The notes under the pieces are model-generated. The model was not told where the DNA came from. It saw only the letters and a list, made by a program, of their open reading frames with translations, and searched no databases. A stretch of 64,000 nucleotides of DNA, from the NCBI GenBank assembly GCA_035084275.1, contig CM068744.1:99882001-99946000 (forward strand), read 5' to 3'. Source of the DNA: Hydrolagus colliei (taxonomy: Eukaryota). Each line of letters opens with the position of its first letter. Position 1 is the stretch's first letter. A program made the translations under genes and the position numbers. Positions 62,928-64,000 of this stretch are shown piece by piece.

Positions 62928-64000
62928 GTAAGATGTGTGTGTGTATAACCTGAAAGCACACAACAAAGGGAAGAAATGCTATTTTGAATAATGCACGGAT
63001 CCTGAATCGCTGCTGGGGAAAGCGGAATTTGTGATTGCAGCCAAAATTGAGCTAGAATTCCTATATACAGAACTATCTGACTATACTATCCCCTGCTGTA
63101 AAGTTTATGAGTTGCTCTTTCTCAAAATCAGAGATGGATTAATAATAAAATTTGGTCAAGCGCCTTTCACATCGGGAGGGCGCCTCAAAGCACTTCACGG
63201 GAAATACTGTAAAGTGTGGTAGCTGTAGTAACTGCGTGATTGAGAGTTAAATCGAGGCAGTGGCCCTCTCAGATTGCATATCAAGAATCACCAGAAACCA
63301 TGGCTCAGTAAGAATGGGCTTTGTCAGCAAAGAGCAAGATTAACCAAACTAATGCATTTGCTTCTGCTGACACTGCACGTCACCTCTGGTGCTCTGACCA
63401 CAGACAGTTAGAAACACAGTTGTCACAGCCTGTAAGATGAATCTTTAATAGTTTTAAAGAGCAGCATAGGCAGTTGAAAGTGACAACTATTTGCATGAAC
63501 ATAACCTAGAACGGACTTGCCCAAGTCAGAATTATCTGTCTCTGATAGATGAAACCTTCCAAAAAGTTCAAGAGAATTTGTGGAACGGTGTTGATAATAA
63601 TTAATGTTAATACCAATCCTGTTATCATGTTCTTGAGGTCTCAGGGTGTTTCACAGGATATACTGTAAAGCATTGTGAAAGTCGAGGGTACAAAAAAAGA
63701 TTTAAATTGCCATTTTTTGTTCCGTGACATTGAAATAAATTGACATTTTTGCCGGAAGCGAAAGATTTAAACCAGTATTCATTTGCAGCTTTTGATTTTT
63801 TTTTAACAAAAGTCGAGTATTGCATGTCAGAGCAAAAAATCAGCTTCAGATTCCAAATGGTAAAAGACAAACTGTACTACCAGAGAGCAGCTATCATAAA
63901 GAGCTATCAGCCAGCATCTGCCAAACAAAGAAATCCCCCAGTATAATGTTTTAACCGTTAGGCATACGAAAAAACTGAAAGTAAAGTAACAGCGCAGATT

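Overview
Vertebrate genomic DNA. The repeat content (DeuSINE/SacSINE1-like SINEs, L2, CR1, Penelope-type foldbacks) points to a cartilaginous fish, plausibly a chimaera; this is an inference. There are four assembly gaps (21228-21428, 21704-21835, 22167-22298, 53896-54109). The only host gene I can support is the 5' part of PLEKHG1 (DH/PH RhoGEF) on the + strand: four phase-consistent coding exons (35119-35684, 56943-57043, 58294-58363, 62881-62927) running into the DH domain, with the gene continuing beyond the window. A gapped, simple-repeat-rich candidate promoter/first-exon region lies at about 20.3-22.5 kb. The rest is upstream or intronic sequence dense in transposable elements, and almost all ORFs in the supplied track are spurious. 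I see no CRISPR array, prokaryotic-type system, intact transposase or full-length retroelement. The most unusual items are: (1) two hAT MITEs carrying a variably expanded G-rich minisatellite; (2) two ~260-bp elements with 8-bp TSDs, asymmetric ends and a telomere-like core; (3) Penelope-type foldbacks with hammerhead-ribozyme-like cores; (4) recurrent insertion or swapping of L2 tails at about the same position in the SINE; (5) a 123-bp direct repeat bracketing 813 bp of unclassified DNA; (6) a 26-bp-stem intronic hairpin; (7) an open N-terminal extension plus uORF in PLEKHG1. Family names come from my recognition of the sequence, not from database searches, and coordinates of degraded repeats are approximate.
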